From: a virus
Reading direction: 5' to 3' (one strand)
IMG/VR virus record: IMGVR_UViG_3300010885_057925
Span: 32,001-96,000 of that record
Length of the DNA stretch: 64,000 nt
Position 1 is the stretch's first letter, and each line of letters opens with the position of its first letter. This document shows, one piece after another, positions 39,520 to 50,100 of the stretch. Below the pieces are notes generated by a model, which did not search any database, was not told the DNA's origin, and was given only the letters and a program-made list of their open reading frames with translations. A program made the translations under genes and the position numbers.

Positions 39520-40472
39520 AGGATGCTCCCGCTTCTCATAATTCTAGAAAGATTAATAATACCCTGAAATTTGTCCCAGTTTCGTGCCGATGCTTTCGCA
39601 GCTAAAAATTCCTCGCGGGTCATCTCACCCACATCTTTCTTGTCACCAAGATTGAGGATTTTAACTGGAACATCAAACTCTGATAGAGCTGCTGCCCACT
39701 TATGCTGCTTCTCGGGCATGTCACTGTCAAGCGCCAGAATGACAGGTGTTCTATTCCTGGCGATGGCTTGGAAAAGAGCCGACTTCCTAGACATGTTGGA
39801 TCCCAATATCGCTGTCGCGTTGCTATCACATTTCGTGAGGTCGAACGGTCCTTCGACCAGAGTGAGCTCCTGACGCCAGTCGATGTTCAGTTCATTGAAG
39901 ATGAACTCTCCTCGTGGGACTGGGGGATTCACGTACTTGCCGATCACATCACTGTCGATCGCTCGAGCGGTCCAATAGTTGACCTTCCCTTCGGAATCGA
40001 AAGACGGCATGATAATACGACGTGACAACCTTCCACGCTTGACGCAACCGAGCCTGAAGTACCACATCTCGCGGACTCCAAGTCCGCGAGAACGAATGTA
40101 CTCTAGGCACCCTCGCGTATCCGGATCTTTTGAGTCCTGAAGCTCTGCTAGCAAACGAAACCCAATTGGGATCTCAACCCGTGGTTTCTCGATGACTTCA
40201 TCAAGGAACCTACGCTGGTGTGAACCAGTTATGGTGTCCCACCTCGAAGCCACTTCGGGTGATGACTTCCTCAGCAGCTTCGAGATCGAGGCACCACGGG
40301 CATCGCAGACCCAGCAGTGATACTGCCCCGTGTCGAGCTTAACGACAAGCTTCTGCTTCTTCGAGTGCTGGCATACCGGACAGCGAAATGCTGCGTTGAT
40401 GCCCTTCCTGTCGAGGGAGCACGTGCCGAGAGCCCGTGTCAGTATCTCAATTCTTTCTCGTGTGTCTATCAC
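39516..40472 (-). CDS. DnaG-type DNA primase (Zn finger + TOPRIM)
   Basis: CPVC...HCWVC zinc ribbon, YIRSRG, RIIMP, KYVNP, LVEGPFD, LALDSD, KDVGE. Confidence 0.88.
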   Translation of the reverse strand: MIDTRERIEILTRALGTCSLDRKGINAAFRCPVCQHSKKQKLVVKLDTGQYHCWVCDARGASISKLLRKSSPEVASRWDTITGSHQRRFLDEVIEKPRVEIPIGFRLLAELQDSKDPDTRGCLEYIRSRGLGVREMWYFRLGCVKRGRLSRRIIMPSFDSEGKVNYWTARAIDSDVIGKYVNPPVPRGEFIFNELNIDWRQELTLVEGPFDLTKCDSNATAILGSNMSRKSALFQAIARNRTPVILALDSDMPEKQHKWAAALSEFDVPVKILNLGDKKDVGEMTREEFLAAKASARNWDKFQGIINLSRIMRSGSIL

Positions 40473-40478
40473 AAGTAC

Positions 40479-40507
40479 ATTTTACTTGTGAACTACGGTT
40501 TTAACAA
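40479..40507 (-). promoter_or_regulatory. Sigma70-like promoter TTGTTA-N17-TAAAAT for primase-SbcDC
   Basis: -35 at 40507-40502, -10 at 40484-40479, 17-nt spacer; the GTG start follows 6 nt after the -10. Confidence 0.55.
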
Positions 40508-41029
40508 GTACGCCGCTCGAGCCATCACATAAGCGTCAGCAGCATCGTTCACGCCCTTATCGTAGACGATCTGACCTTTCTTCTTGCCAGCCTTGACTGT
40601 CCTCCTAGCGAGAGGTTGACCAGTCACGACCTCGACCCACTCCATGATCTGGTCCTTCGTGTCCCGATCCTTGCTGAGACTGATCCCCAGACCCTTACGG
40701 GCAGCTGACGAGTTGAAAAAAATCGGTTCGAAACCAAAAACGACGAACGACTGCCAGGAGACCATACCATTGAATCGACCCAAGGTGAGCAGAGTCGATG
40801 CGGAGCTGAGCCCACGACGAAATCCCTGAAGTGGCTCCTCGATTGAGACTCTCTTTATCTCAGGATATTTCAATCGCAGATTCAGTAGTCCCTGATTAAC
40901 GACGTCCGCCTTGTTGAATAGCCCTTCCTGCTTGTCAAGCTGAAAGCTTCCCATCTCAACGAGATTTCCAGCTTCATCGAGAACAGCCCAGCCAGTCGAG
41001 CTTGTCGAAACGTCGAGTCCAAGTATCAA
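40493..41029 (-). CDS. ruvC: RuvC-like Holliday junction resolvase
   Basis: ILGLDVSTSSTGWAV, SIEE, DTKDQI, DAADAYVMA: RuvC acidic tetrad pattern. Confidence 0.85.
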   Translation of the reverse strand: MILGLDVSTSSTGWAVLDEAGNLVEMGSFQLDKQEGLFNKADVVNQGLLNLRLKYPEIKRVSIEEPLQGFRRGLSSASTLLTLGRFNGMVSWQSFVVFGFEPIFFNSSAARKGLGISLSKDRDTKDQIMEWVEVVTGQPLARRTVKAGKKKGQIVYDKGVNDAADAYVMARAAYLLKP

Positions 41030-41033
41030 GTGA

Positions 41034-43283
41034 TCACCAGTCGATCTTGGTTCTGAAGAGGAATCTGTCCTCGCTTCTCTTCACGATCGGCTGGGCGAGC
41101 TGGGATCTCGCGACGACGTTCAAGTTGTCATCATGGAAATTAATGCCCGTGATGATGACAGGTCCGACTGAGGTCTCAGAGGGAACGTCAGAGGCAGTTA
41201 GGGGTTGGAAAGACGGGTTCGAGCTCGAGTTGATCTGTCCCGCAGGGCATGGGACGGCTATCTGCATCACGTGAACCGGGCGCTCGCCACGCATTTCCAT
41301 TGTGAAAGAGCTTGTACCGAACTGTGCCAGCATGGGAGACTTTATCACAGTGATACCCTCATCGTATAGGACAGTGCCGACACCAGCCCATGTCGCGTGG
41401 GGCGTGAGAGCGTCAGCTCGATAGAGGCCTCCGAAGCCATTGTCTTTCAGGGTGATTGCAATCTCTCCGCTAGAGCCCGTCAGATCGGGGTCGACCAGTT
41501 TCAAGCTTCCCGGGTGTATCCTGGCACCGTAGAAGAGATTGCTAGAATCGAAGATTACAACAGCGTCCGACGAGTTGTCTCCAGTCCTAGTGTAGCGCTC
41601 TGGTATATCCACACCAGCGTGAGGAGCGTCGTATGTTGCGGGTGACGTGGCAATGGGCAAAGACGCTGTCGGGATTACGTCTCTTAGAGACACCAGCGAC
41701 AGATCAAGGTTTCCGAAATCATCCACAAACCTCCAGTGAGCCGATCCTGTCACTGGAGGTCTTTGCTCTAGCGTTCCGCTGACCAGTACCCCGTAATCAA
41801 CCTGGAGCTTACCATTATCGCATGGTAGGATCGTCAGATTTCTTTTTTTGAATTTTGACTGGTTGTACAGAGATTGCCCTGCAACGGCATTCGCAGATCC
41901 TGTTAGATTGTAAAGTCTCGGATAGACTCCGGTCGCAAAATCTCTAACGTAATTTTCAACGTTGACTTCTATTTCGTTAGAGTTGAAATGAAGCAGAGAA
42001 TTGTACGGGCTTGATCCCGCACGTTGAGTGACAAAATTAAGATTAAGGTTGGACTTGCTCGTTCCCAAATCTTTCAATATTTCTGGGTATGAGCCCATAA
42101 CTTTGTGATAAGACTGACTGGTGAATAGCACGGGAACATAAAAAACAAGGTGCTCTGGTATCGAGGAGCCGACGCTGTTGGATTGATAATTCTTTATCTC
42201 TGAATCAGAGAGATACTTGTTCCATATCTTCACATCATGAATTTCTGAACGAAGCGGATGAGAAAGAGCGCCAGGATAGTCGTTAGAATAATTTCCGACC
42301 AGGCTGCTCAAGTTGACTCCTTCATAGAAATTCCCAAGCACGACAGAGCTATTCGGTCGAGTAAAGAACACGCTTGACGCGCTGAACGCTCCAACCTCGG
42401 TTCCATCAACCACGAAAGATCCGTACCCTAAAGCGCTGGATCTCGATCGCGACCATCTCACAGCGACGTGATGCCAGCAATTATAGCTCAGAGCGTTGTC
42501 GTTAGACTTGAAGACATAGGATCCCGATGCTGTGGACGGCGCCAGATAAGACGCTGCAGTTCCTAGCTGGAGCTGAAGTCTGAACTTATCGTTTCGACCA
42601 GATTCATCTTTGTGCGAACCAGTAATGATCGAAAGCGTGAAAGATCCAGATATCTGGGCTATCGTTCCTGCTTTATACTCTTCTCCAACTTCCGGCTTGT
42701 ACCTAGGGTTTAGGTAAAAATCAATTGAAAATTCGCTGTTTGTAGTAGCAGATGGGTCGAAAATCCCATGTGGATACATCAACGATGATGAATTCGCAGT
42801 TACGTCCGAAGATAAGAAGAAGTTCAGACACTGGTAATTGGTGAAAGACCAGTCGGCGTAGTGATTCTTAGGCTTATGATAATGAAAAAGATTACGTTGA
42901 ATCGCAGATTTTTTAAGCGAACCCGTGTCAAAACTAAATGGAGGAACGAATCTCGTGATCTCCATCTTTTTTGACTTGTCAGCGTTACGACTGAATGATG
43001 AAACGTACTTGTCAAAAGCAGAGCTTACGACGCTCTGGGCGACGCCCGGGTCTGGTCGAAGAGCAAAAAGATCGCTGTACGACGTTAACGTGGTGCCCTC
43101 GTCCGGGTACGGGCTGGCGCCGAATGACGCTGATACAACGTCCTTCTCTATCGTAGAAAGACGCGGAAACACGGGCACAGAGCCCGTGACCCCAGTCAAC
43201 GAAGACGATGAGAAGTAACGGCGAGGTCTCGCAATGACAGTGAATCTCTCAAAGTTATCCGGACCGAGCTTGATTATCGACAA
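41034..43283 (-). CDS. Baseplate-associated protein with LamG/concanavalin-like domain
   Basis: FSIDFYLNP, WHHVAVRW, VDG, IHDVKIWNKYLS..EI LamG pattern; C-terminal ITGINFHDDNLNVVARSQLAQPIVK; AAGGAGG SD with TTG. Confidence 0.65.
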   Translation of the reverse strand: MSIIKLGPDNFERFTVIARPRRYFSSSSLTGVTGSVPVFPRLSTIEKDVVSASFGASPYPDEGTTLTSYSDLFALRPDPGVAQSVVSSAFDKYVSSFSRNADKSKKMEITRFVPPFSFDTGSLKKSAIQRNLFHYHKPKNHYADWSFTNYQCLNFFLSSDVTANSSSLMYPHGIFDPSATTNSEFSIDFYLNPRYKPEVGEEYKAGTIAQISGSFTLSIITGSHKDESGRNDKFRLQLQLGTAASYLAPSTASGSYVFKSNDNALSYNCWHHVAVRWSRSRSSALGYGSFVVDGTEVGAFSASSVFFTRPNSSVVLGNFYEGVNLSSLVGNYSNDYPGALSHPLRSEIHDVKIWNKYLSDSEIKNYQSNSVGSSIPEHLVFYVPVLFTSQSYHKVMGSYPEILKDLGTSKSNLNLNFVTQRAGSSPYNSLLHFNSNEIEVNVENYVRDFATGVYPRLYNLTGSANAVAGQSLYNQSKFKKRNLTILPCDNGKLQVDYGVLVSGTLEQRPPVTGSAHWRFVDDFGNLDLSLVSLRDVIPTASLPIATSPATYDAPHAGVDIPERYTRTGDNSSDAVVIFDSSNLFYGARIHPGSLKLVDPDLTGSSGEIAITLKDNGFGGLYRADALTPHATWAGVGTVLYDEGITVIKSPMLAQFGTSSFTMEMRGERPVHVMQIAVPCPAGQINSSSNPSFQPLTASDVPSETSVGPVIITGINFHDDNLNVVARSQLAQPIVKRSEDRFLFRTKIDW

Positions 43284-43292
43284 GATTCCTCC

Positions 43293-44600
43293 TTAGAAGT
43301 CCAGGCGAATTCTTATCGTCAGGTCCTTTTCATCATTTTTTTCAACCGGTCTCGAGAGCTTTGCGACTGCCAGCAGATTGTCGTTCGCATCGTAGAGGCC
43401 GACCGTCGTGGCGAAGTTGAAGGCACGCTGAGTATCTTCTTGACCCGCATCGATAACGACGATCCTTCCGTCTCCGTCAACATATGTTGGGTTGGACGAG
43501 TAGTTGAACTCATCAGCCCCTGCGCGACAGAAGACGAGAGTGCTATTGATGTTTGTCGTATTCTGGAATGTGACCGCTGTGTTTGAGCCAGAGCTAAAAC
43601 GACAGGAGGCAATGTGATCGACGATGTCGTCCATACTGCCCGATGTCAGGAAGTCGGGGATGAAGCGAGCCGATGGGTTAGAACCGTAGGAGGACTGTAG
43701 CACGCTGCCCGACCCGATGATCGTTTCGTTAGTCGCTAGACCAGAGACCCCCGGATTTCCAACGACGGAAGAGATAGTTCCAGAGACATGCTGACCGCCC
43801 CACATGATTTTCGAGAGATCGAGAACTGCAGTTCCAGCGTCGTAGAACATAAGTCCGATCTTGCGGCTCGTGTTCGACGCATCGACGATCTCACCGACCT
43901 CTCCGCCGAATGTGGTTCGCTTAGAGCTCGCAGCCCCGACATCCGTGAAGATGGCAGATCCGGAGATCGAAGTCCTGAAGAGATTGCTGCCAGTCGTAAT
44001 TGTGGCTGCCGATGCGAGGCTGGACTCCTGTGATGACTTATTCGCCGTGGGAGCACCGTCCAGCGTCGCGGTCGTGTAGAAGCGCATCGCAAAAGTCTCA
44101 CGCTTGATCTTGTCACGTGCGAAGAGGCGCTTGAAGTTGAGGAACAGAGCTTCGTTGATACGATCCGATGATGTGGCTGTCGGGTCTGTCGCAACCTGAA
44201 AGGGGGAGTAGAAAGCCTGATCAGCGTCGCCGAGTAGGCGGGATGCCTGCTGGCGGTACATGTCTACCTTCTCTCTCATCTGCATGGAGGAGCTTGGGAA
44301 GAGAAGCTTTCCCGCAGTGTCCTCTCCGATCTTAACGTTCTGAACCGTGCTACCTGAGTACCACAACCCCACTGTCATGTCGAATATCGGATTTGCAGTC
44401 TGGAGCGTGTAATCCTGATCGTACACAGTCTGGAAGAGAGAAGCAGTGACGCTTGTCGCTCCAGATCCCGTCACGAATACCTGATATGCGCGTCGAGTAG
44501 CGGATCCAGAGACATCCTCTTGGATCACGTCTACGAGCTGATTGAGAGCAGACCGGCTAGTCTTGATGTCTGCCGATGATATTTCTTTAAAAGTGGCCAT
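43293..44600 (-). CDS. Virion structural protein (baseplate/fibre-attachment-like)
   Basis: C-terminal FCRA..DEFNYSSNPT...TTVGLYDANDNLLAVAKLSRPVEK..IRIRLDF, paralogous to the C-terminus of the 749-aa neighbour. Confidence 0.65.
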   Translation of the reverse strand: MATFKEISSADIKTSRSALNQLVDVIQEDVSGSATRRAYQVFVTGSGATSVTASLFQTVYDQDYTLQTANPIFDMTVGLWYSGSTVQNVKIGEDTAGKLLFPSSSMQMREKVDMYRQQASRLLGDADQAFYSPFQVATDPTATSSDRINEALFLNFKRLFARDKIKRETFAMRFYTTATLDGAPTANKSSQESSLASAATITTGSNLFRTSISGSAIFTDVGAASSKRTTFGGEVGEIVDASNTSRKIGLMFYDAGTAVLDLSKIMWGGQHVSGTISSVVGNPGVSGLATNETIIGSGSVLQSSYGSNPSARFIPDFLTSGSMDDIVDHIASCRFSSGSNTAVTFQNTTNINSTLVFCRAGADEFNYSSNPTYVDGDGRIVVIDAGQEDTQRAFNFATTVGLYDANDNLLAVAKLSRPVEKNDEKDLTIRIRLDF

Positions 44601-44617
44601 TTGTTAGAGCTTGCCTC

Positions 44618-45328
44618 TTACTTTGTAATCTGGACCTGGAATTCTTTCACGGCTCCCGACTGGAGGCCTGTGATGCTTACGACAGTCGTGATGATCGACT
44701 TGTTCTGTGAGTTACCGTAGACGGTGAACTGCGTATCAGTGAGTGATCTCACTGCGATCGGAAGCGTGACGCGAGAACCACCGGCTGACGTCTCGCCGGC
44801 AGAACGAAGGAGCAGGTACGTTGCGACGCCGTCCTTGTCGATCGTGTCAGGAGTGAGACCCGTGAGTGTGATGAACTGGTTCGCCATCTTAACGATGTAC
44901 GATTGATCGCGAAGCTCTGGGTCGATCAGGCTCTCGCCTGTGATCGTCTGCTCTAGTGTGACCTGGCGTGTTGCTGCTGTTCCGGTTCTCGTCATCGAGA
45001 TGATCGTACCCGTCGAGTCAGCGCCCGTCGAGGTCAGAGCGATCAGAGGAATACGCACAAGATTCGGATTGGAGATCGAAATCGCGCGATACTTGAGAGC
45101 TAGGTTCGCGTTTGTCTGAGCTTCGAAAACCGGGGTATTTTTCTCGATCTTCTCCTTTCCGACCGTGCGTCCGAACTTCTGAATCATTGTGTAGTCGACC
45201 TCATCATCGCCCAACGCGAACTTGATGATGGAGAAGCTACCGTCGTTACGTGCCAAGAATTCACGACCGATGTCGGTCAGCACAGCATCGACTATGATGT
45301 TGTTTGTTGAGTGGTCAAGAAATCCCAT
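44618..45328 (-). CDS. Virion structural protein (baseplate/fibre-attachment-like)
   Basis: N-terminal DAVLTDIGREFLA...KFALGDDEVDY. Confidence 0.65.
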   Translation of the reverse strand: MGFLDHSTNNIIVDAVLTDIGREFLARNDGSFSIIKFALGDDEVDYTMIQKFGRTVGKEKIEKNTPVFEAQTNANLALKYRAISISNPNLVRIPLIALTSTGADSTGTIISMTRTGTAATRQVTLEQTITGESLIDPELRDQSYIVKMANQFITLTGLTPDTIDKDGVATYLLLRSAGETSAGGSRVTLPIAVRSLTDTQFTVYGNSQNKSIITTVVSITGLQSGAVKEFQVQITK

Positions 45329-45348
45329 CTTCTAGTTGTCCCTGCTCA

Positions 45349-45355
45349 TAGATAT
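45349..45355 (-). promoter_or_regulatory. Putative late promoter ATANNTA (ATATCTA)
   Basis: 20 nt upstream of the 45328 start. Confidence 0.45.
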
Positions 45356-45361
45356 TAGAAT

Positions 45362-45402
45362 TTTCAAGTTCTCCTATAAACTTTTTTGATGAGAACTTGA
45401 AA
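45362..45402. repeat. Perfect 12-bp inverted repeat TTTCAAGTTCTC-N17-GAGAACTTGAAA
   Basis: Read directly from the intergenic gap 45329-45405. Confidence 0.85.
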
Positions 45403-45405
45403 GAA

Positions 45406-47130
45406 TTAAGTTGTGGTCGCAGATTCTACGACGCCAGCGACGTAATTCGTCGGATCGCTGATCGAAACGCTGATGCTTGATTGCTTCTGCCTGTCGATGT
45501 TGATCAGTTGAATCTGGTATATCGCTGAATTAGAGGTGCGGAGGAATCCCTGGTCGCGCTTGTCAGAATTTGTGACTGCCAAGTACTCGGGATCGAAGTA
45601 GACTCTCATTTTGGTTGATCCGCTTGATTTAACGCTGTCTAGGGTGAGCTCAGCGTTTAAATATGTGTTCGGGTATTGCTTCGCGGCACCGGACGGAGAG
45701 ATGAGCTCTTTGATGAGCTTGTTCCTGTATCTGTCGAATCTCGCCCTGAACTGCATACCGTAGTTCGATGATTGGCCGTGCGCGTCAACGGAACACATCG
45801 TGTAGATGTAATCAGAGTCTTTATTGAACTCAGAATCCACGTAGTAATTTACCGGACCTTGAAATTTCGATATCAAAGAGTTGTCGATGGTCTCGGGAAA
45901 TGGAGTTCTCTCAACTGAATCGTCGAAATCTATCATTCTTATCAACGAGTACGGTTCGTTGATCGAGCTTCTACGAAATACCTGCCAGTATTTGATGTCT
46001 CTCTGCGAGTTGCTGGGAAACGACCAAACGATCTGAAGCGTGGAATCCTGATAATTCCAATGAAGATTGAAATCAGCGGGCGAGGGAGGCGGGACCGTCT
46101 CCTCTGCGGTTAGTGAAACAGACTTCGAAGGATCTGACAGGAACGGAATCAAGCAGAGCTTGTCCTCTCTAGCAGCTCCCTCTCCGACCGTTAAGTTGTT
46201 GTAGACCGCTGTGATGGATCTAATTCTGTAAGAATACGTTTGACCGTACACGATATTGGTGTCCAAGTAGCTTTTCGTTCCGCGCCTGACAACATGCCTC
46301 GTTGGCTGTGGGTCGGTAGAGACGCTAGAGAACTTCTCTATCATATACCCTAGCAACACTGGTCGACTGGCTAATGAGCCCTCGTCTGGAATCTCGGAAG
46401 CCTCGAACGAAGGGTCGGTGTCCCCCAACGTCGGAGCATCGTCGGTATTGACGAATAGGGATTTTAAAGAACTAACGGCGTTGTAGGAAGCTCGGGCTGC
46501 CGGAGATCCCTCAAACTCTCTGAACGCTGCTCTGGCGCGTTCCTCGTCCAGTAACGCCTGAAACGACTCATCGTTAGAATCATCATCGACTGCGACTGTG
46601 GCACGTTCTAATCCACCGTACGACTCTGGTCCTAATCCGGCTATCTCTAGCCATTGCTGGTCGAAACTTTCACCCAAGATAGCCTTAACGGAAATAGCTG
46701 TGTCTGCTATTGATCCCGTGCTAAGACCTCTTAGGGCTGCGGACTCTCTTAATCTTTCTCCGACTCTAACGTTGAAATCATAATCCTGGACAGCTGCAAA
46801 ATATGAGTTGCGTGTAAGAGTGTCTGCGCTATTAATAGCATCCAGCGGATCCTGACTGCCCTCTATCGATGCGAAAAGCTCCTCCTGCCGAGTCGTTAAA
46901 TCAGAATTTTCAGGTATGATCCCGAGACTAGATCCCACAAAGTTTCCAGACTCCAGCGGTGACCAGTCAAGCTTAAACGCGCGTGGGTATCGATCCGGGG
47001 GTTGAGTCCCGATCGCAACTTTCTCGTCAGCTTCGAAAAAGTTGTATATGAACTGTAGTCTCAAACTAGACGGAGAGGGTATATCAGCCGCGTGAAATGG
47101 GCGGCTGACGTCTCGAGTGATTATGGACAA
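45406..47130 (-). CDS. Putative structural protein with fibronectin III-like domains
   Basis: YLDTNIVYGQTYSYRIRS, PPPSP, WSFP...WQVFRR, YIYTMCSVDAHG.SSNY. Confidence 0.6.
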   Translation of the reverse strand: MSIITRDVSRPFHAADIPSPSSLRLQFIYNFFEADEKVAIGTQPPDRYPRAFKLDWSPLESGNFVGSSLGIIPENSDLTTRQEELFASIEGSQDPLDAINSADTLTRNSYFAAVQDYDFNVRVGERLRESAALRGLSTGSIADTAISVKAILGESFDQQWLEIAGLGPESYGGLERATVAVDDDSNDESFQALLDEERARAAFREFEGSPAARASYNAVSSLKSLFVNTDDAPTLGDTDPSFEASEIPDEGSLASRPVLLGYMIEKFSSVSTDPQPTRHVVRRGTKSYLDTNIVYGQTYSYRIRSITAVYNNLTVGEGAAREDKLCLIPFLSDPSKSVSLTAEETVPPPSPADFNLHWNYQDSTLQIVWSFPSNSQRDIKYWQVFRRSSINEPYSLIRMIDFDDSVERTPFPETIDNSLISKFQGPVNYYVDSEFNKDSDYIYTMCSVDAHGQSSNYGMQFRARFDRYRNKLIKELISPSGAAKQYPNTYLNAELTLDSVKSSGSTKMRVYFDPEYLAVTNSDKRDQGFLRTSNSAIYQIQLINIDRQKQSSISVSISDPTNYVAGVVESATTT

Positions 47131-47134
47131 TTTC

Positions 47135-50100
47135 TCATCTCCGCTTTTTTGGGTTGAAGCTCTTCATAGCAGTAGAACCATTTTGAATTATACTTGAAAC
47201 TTGAGACGATTGAGCGATTGTTTCGGTGGTAATTTTTTGGGGTCTACGTGAGTTAGTTCTGCGTCTAGATGGAGGCGTATCAGAATTCCTGTCTCTTTGA
47301 TCTCTGCCTGGATCAGAACTCTCAAGCTCTGGTGGGGTTATGACTACCTGCTCTGGCGGCCTGCTTCCCCATGAGCCTCGTGATCTAGGAGTTCCATCGT
47401 CAACTCGAGGATTCACGCTCTCGTCGGGCACATCATCCTGCGATTCAGGAGCTGTCGCAGGAGCTTCGATTATGGGCCTGTAATCTGAGACAAGCGCAGA
47501 GAAGCTGCAGACTGACATTCCACCGTTATGCGGATCTTGATCCTTCAAAAACACCCTTGTGGATGAGTCGGAGTTGGAAACTGGTCTCACATCAGAGAAT
47601 GTTAGACCGTAGTCCAGCACGATATTTGAATTTATTTCCAAAGTGAAGCTGTCTGGGTCAACGGGTATCATGAGGACCCTGTCGTGATTAAAGTCACGAG
47701 CCAACCTGGATAGAAGTCTGGAAGATCTAAGAATGTAGGACGAAGCGAGGTTCGCAAGAATCTCTTTCTTGGGAGTGCTCACTCCGCTTGACGTCTCATT
47801 AAAGTTTACGTATCCGTCCTGGAATATGGATGAAATCGATGACGCTGGTGGAAGAGAAATATCGGGTATGCTCAAATTCGAAAGAGAATTTAGCGCGTTT
47901 ATTCCAACGTTGGAGATTGACGTGTCGTTGTCGATCGCAGTCGATTCGTCAAGAACAAAACCCGACGTGTAATAATGGTATCTCTCTATCATAGCAGAGT
48001 TGTAGGCGTTTACGACAACTTGTTTCAACGTCGCAGCGTCCACATCTGGGTTCAAGCTAGCGTACTTGACGTTGATGTCGAAGTACGAATACGGACCGAG
48101 CTCTCCGCTTCTATCGAAAAGATAATACTCGGTCTCAGAACTTTCTACATTGGGACCTAGATTTCCCAGGAACAGCGCTGGGTCGAAGACGTAATCTTTT
48201 CTTTCGAAAGCATTAGCGATGTGGTATCGATAATCGACCTTTCCGATCGACACCTTGACAAGATTACTCTTATCAGACATCTGTCCGGTAATCGTGGATT
48301 TCGGAACTCCTACGTGAAGAACTCGTAGATTTTTTAAGCTGTTGTCAGCGAAACAATTCGGAATAGCTTCGGAGTTGAGATTCGAAAGGTAAGAGACAAC
48401 GGGCGAGACATTCGAAAAGACTCGAGGCAGATATCCTGATGTTTCAGACGGGCTCCATTTTTTCAGCATAGCACGTCTAAGCGCAACACCATGCGGAGTA
48501 ATCTCTGACAAGGCTTTGAGACGACCCTCATCGCTTGAGAAGCTCAAATCTTTCGAGAGCTCGGTGAAGTTTGTAATCGCGAGTCTTCTAAATTCTTTGA
48601 TGCTTCTAGAGTACGCGTTCAAGAAAGCATAAGCGTTCTGATAAGTTTCAACGTACTTTCTTGTATTAATGAAATCGACCGAAGCAGAGTTACTCGCAGT
48701 GTCGTTATTTGAAGATATCAAAGAGCGTATGCTAGAACCGACCGGACTGAGTGTGTTTCCACCGAAATTGAACCCAAATTTAGCGTGCCAATAGCCTCCA
48801 GATGACACTCTTTCTACTGAAAGCCCGAGGTTTATCGGAAACGTTGAATAACAAATAAAAGAAAAACAGCTTACTATCAACGACATAATCGCGTATTCAT
48901 CCATTTTTCCGTAAGCAGTGAAACCGCTCGTTTCAACGACGCTGTAACCGTCTGGAGCAGAATTTTTGCATTTTTCGATTAGATCGTCGTAGATATCGAC
49001 CATTAAGCTGAATATTGTTCCTTCTGCATCCCAAGATTCACGATAGTAATTGTACGGATGATCCGAGATATCGACTTGAAATCCTTCTGGATATTCATCT
49101 GTAGAAATTCTTGAAGCAACGTCTTTGTCGTATGTCCCGATTCCAACTACATTTCCTCTTTTCGATATCGCAACCTTAGTGAATCGATCGGCTTTCTCAT
49201 CTATATTCGAGTTATCACTAGCAGCACGAGCAATGACACGACCTGAAATGGTATTTTGAGAACTGGCGGAGATCACGTTCGTTTTTGTTTGGGTCGTCAC
49301 GACTTTAGCGTCGCTTTTTAACGTCTCGCTGTCTTCTGATGTCTTAGTCGTCGAAACAGTGACAGAAGAAGCCGGTGATTCTGACGAAAAAGACGCGCTT
49401 TCTATGTTTTGCTTGATTCTATTGTATTTAATAGATCCCAAGCATCGAAGTATGTACTGCCTAAACTCTGATTTGCTTATTATTCTGCCTTCTGAATCTT
49501 TGATTTTTGATTCATCGTTCGCTGCCTCTTGCAAAGCAATAAGCTGATATTTGTTTATAGCGCTTTGGTCAGCAAGAGCTAACGCGTCAGCGAAACTTTC
49601 CAAAACTTTCTTGAAAATCGAAATTGGAGTCAATCCGTTCTGTTCATCTAGAAAACTGACAAGGCTTTCAGTTATTCTTTGAAGTTGAGATATCGATGCT
49701 TCAAGCTGGTCGTTGTAAGAACTCAATTCATCGAAATTCAAATTACCAACCGCGATGGCATCTCTTACCAAAGCGCGCTCGCCAGACACGTAATTTTCGC
49801 CCGATAGTTTTCTACTCGGTATGACTTTCGTCCCGTCCGTCTTATCGTATCTAGCTATTTTCAAAGCGTGATTGAACGGCTCGATTCTTTTGGTGTATAA
49901 AGATCCGTCAGAAACGACTTTGGTCGTCGTGTCATCCAGCTTCTGAACTGACGTTAATTTGGCTCCATCGAAAATTTTATCAGCGTCCGCTATTGTTGAA
50001 ACGTTCAATCCAATTTCTGATTGAATGCTTTTTGCCCTTGCAATTCCTGCCGATAAATTCATCGTGCTGGACAAAGCGTGAACGCACAGTAGGAGCTCTG

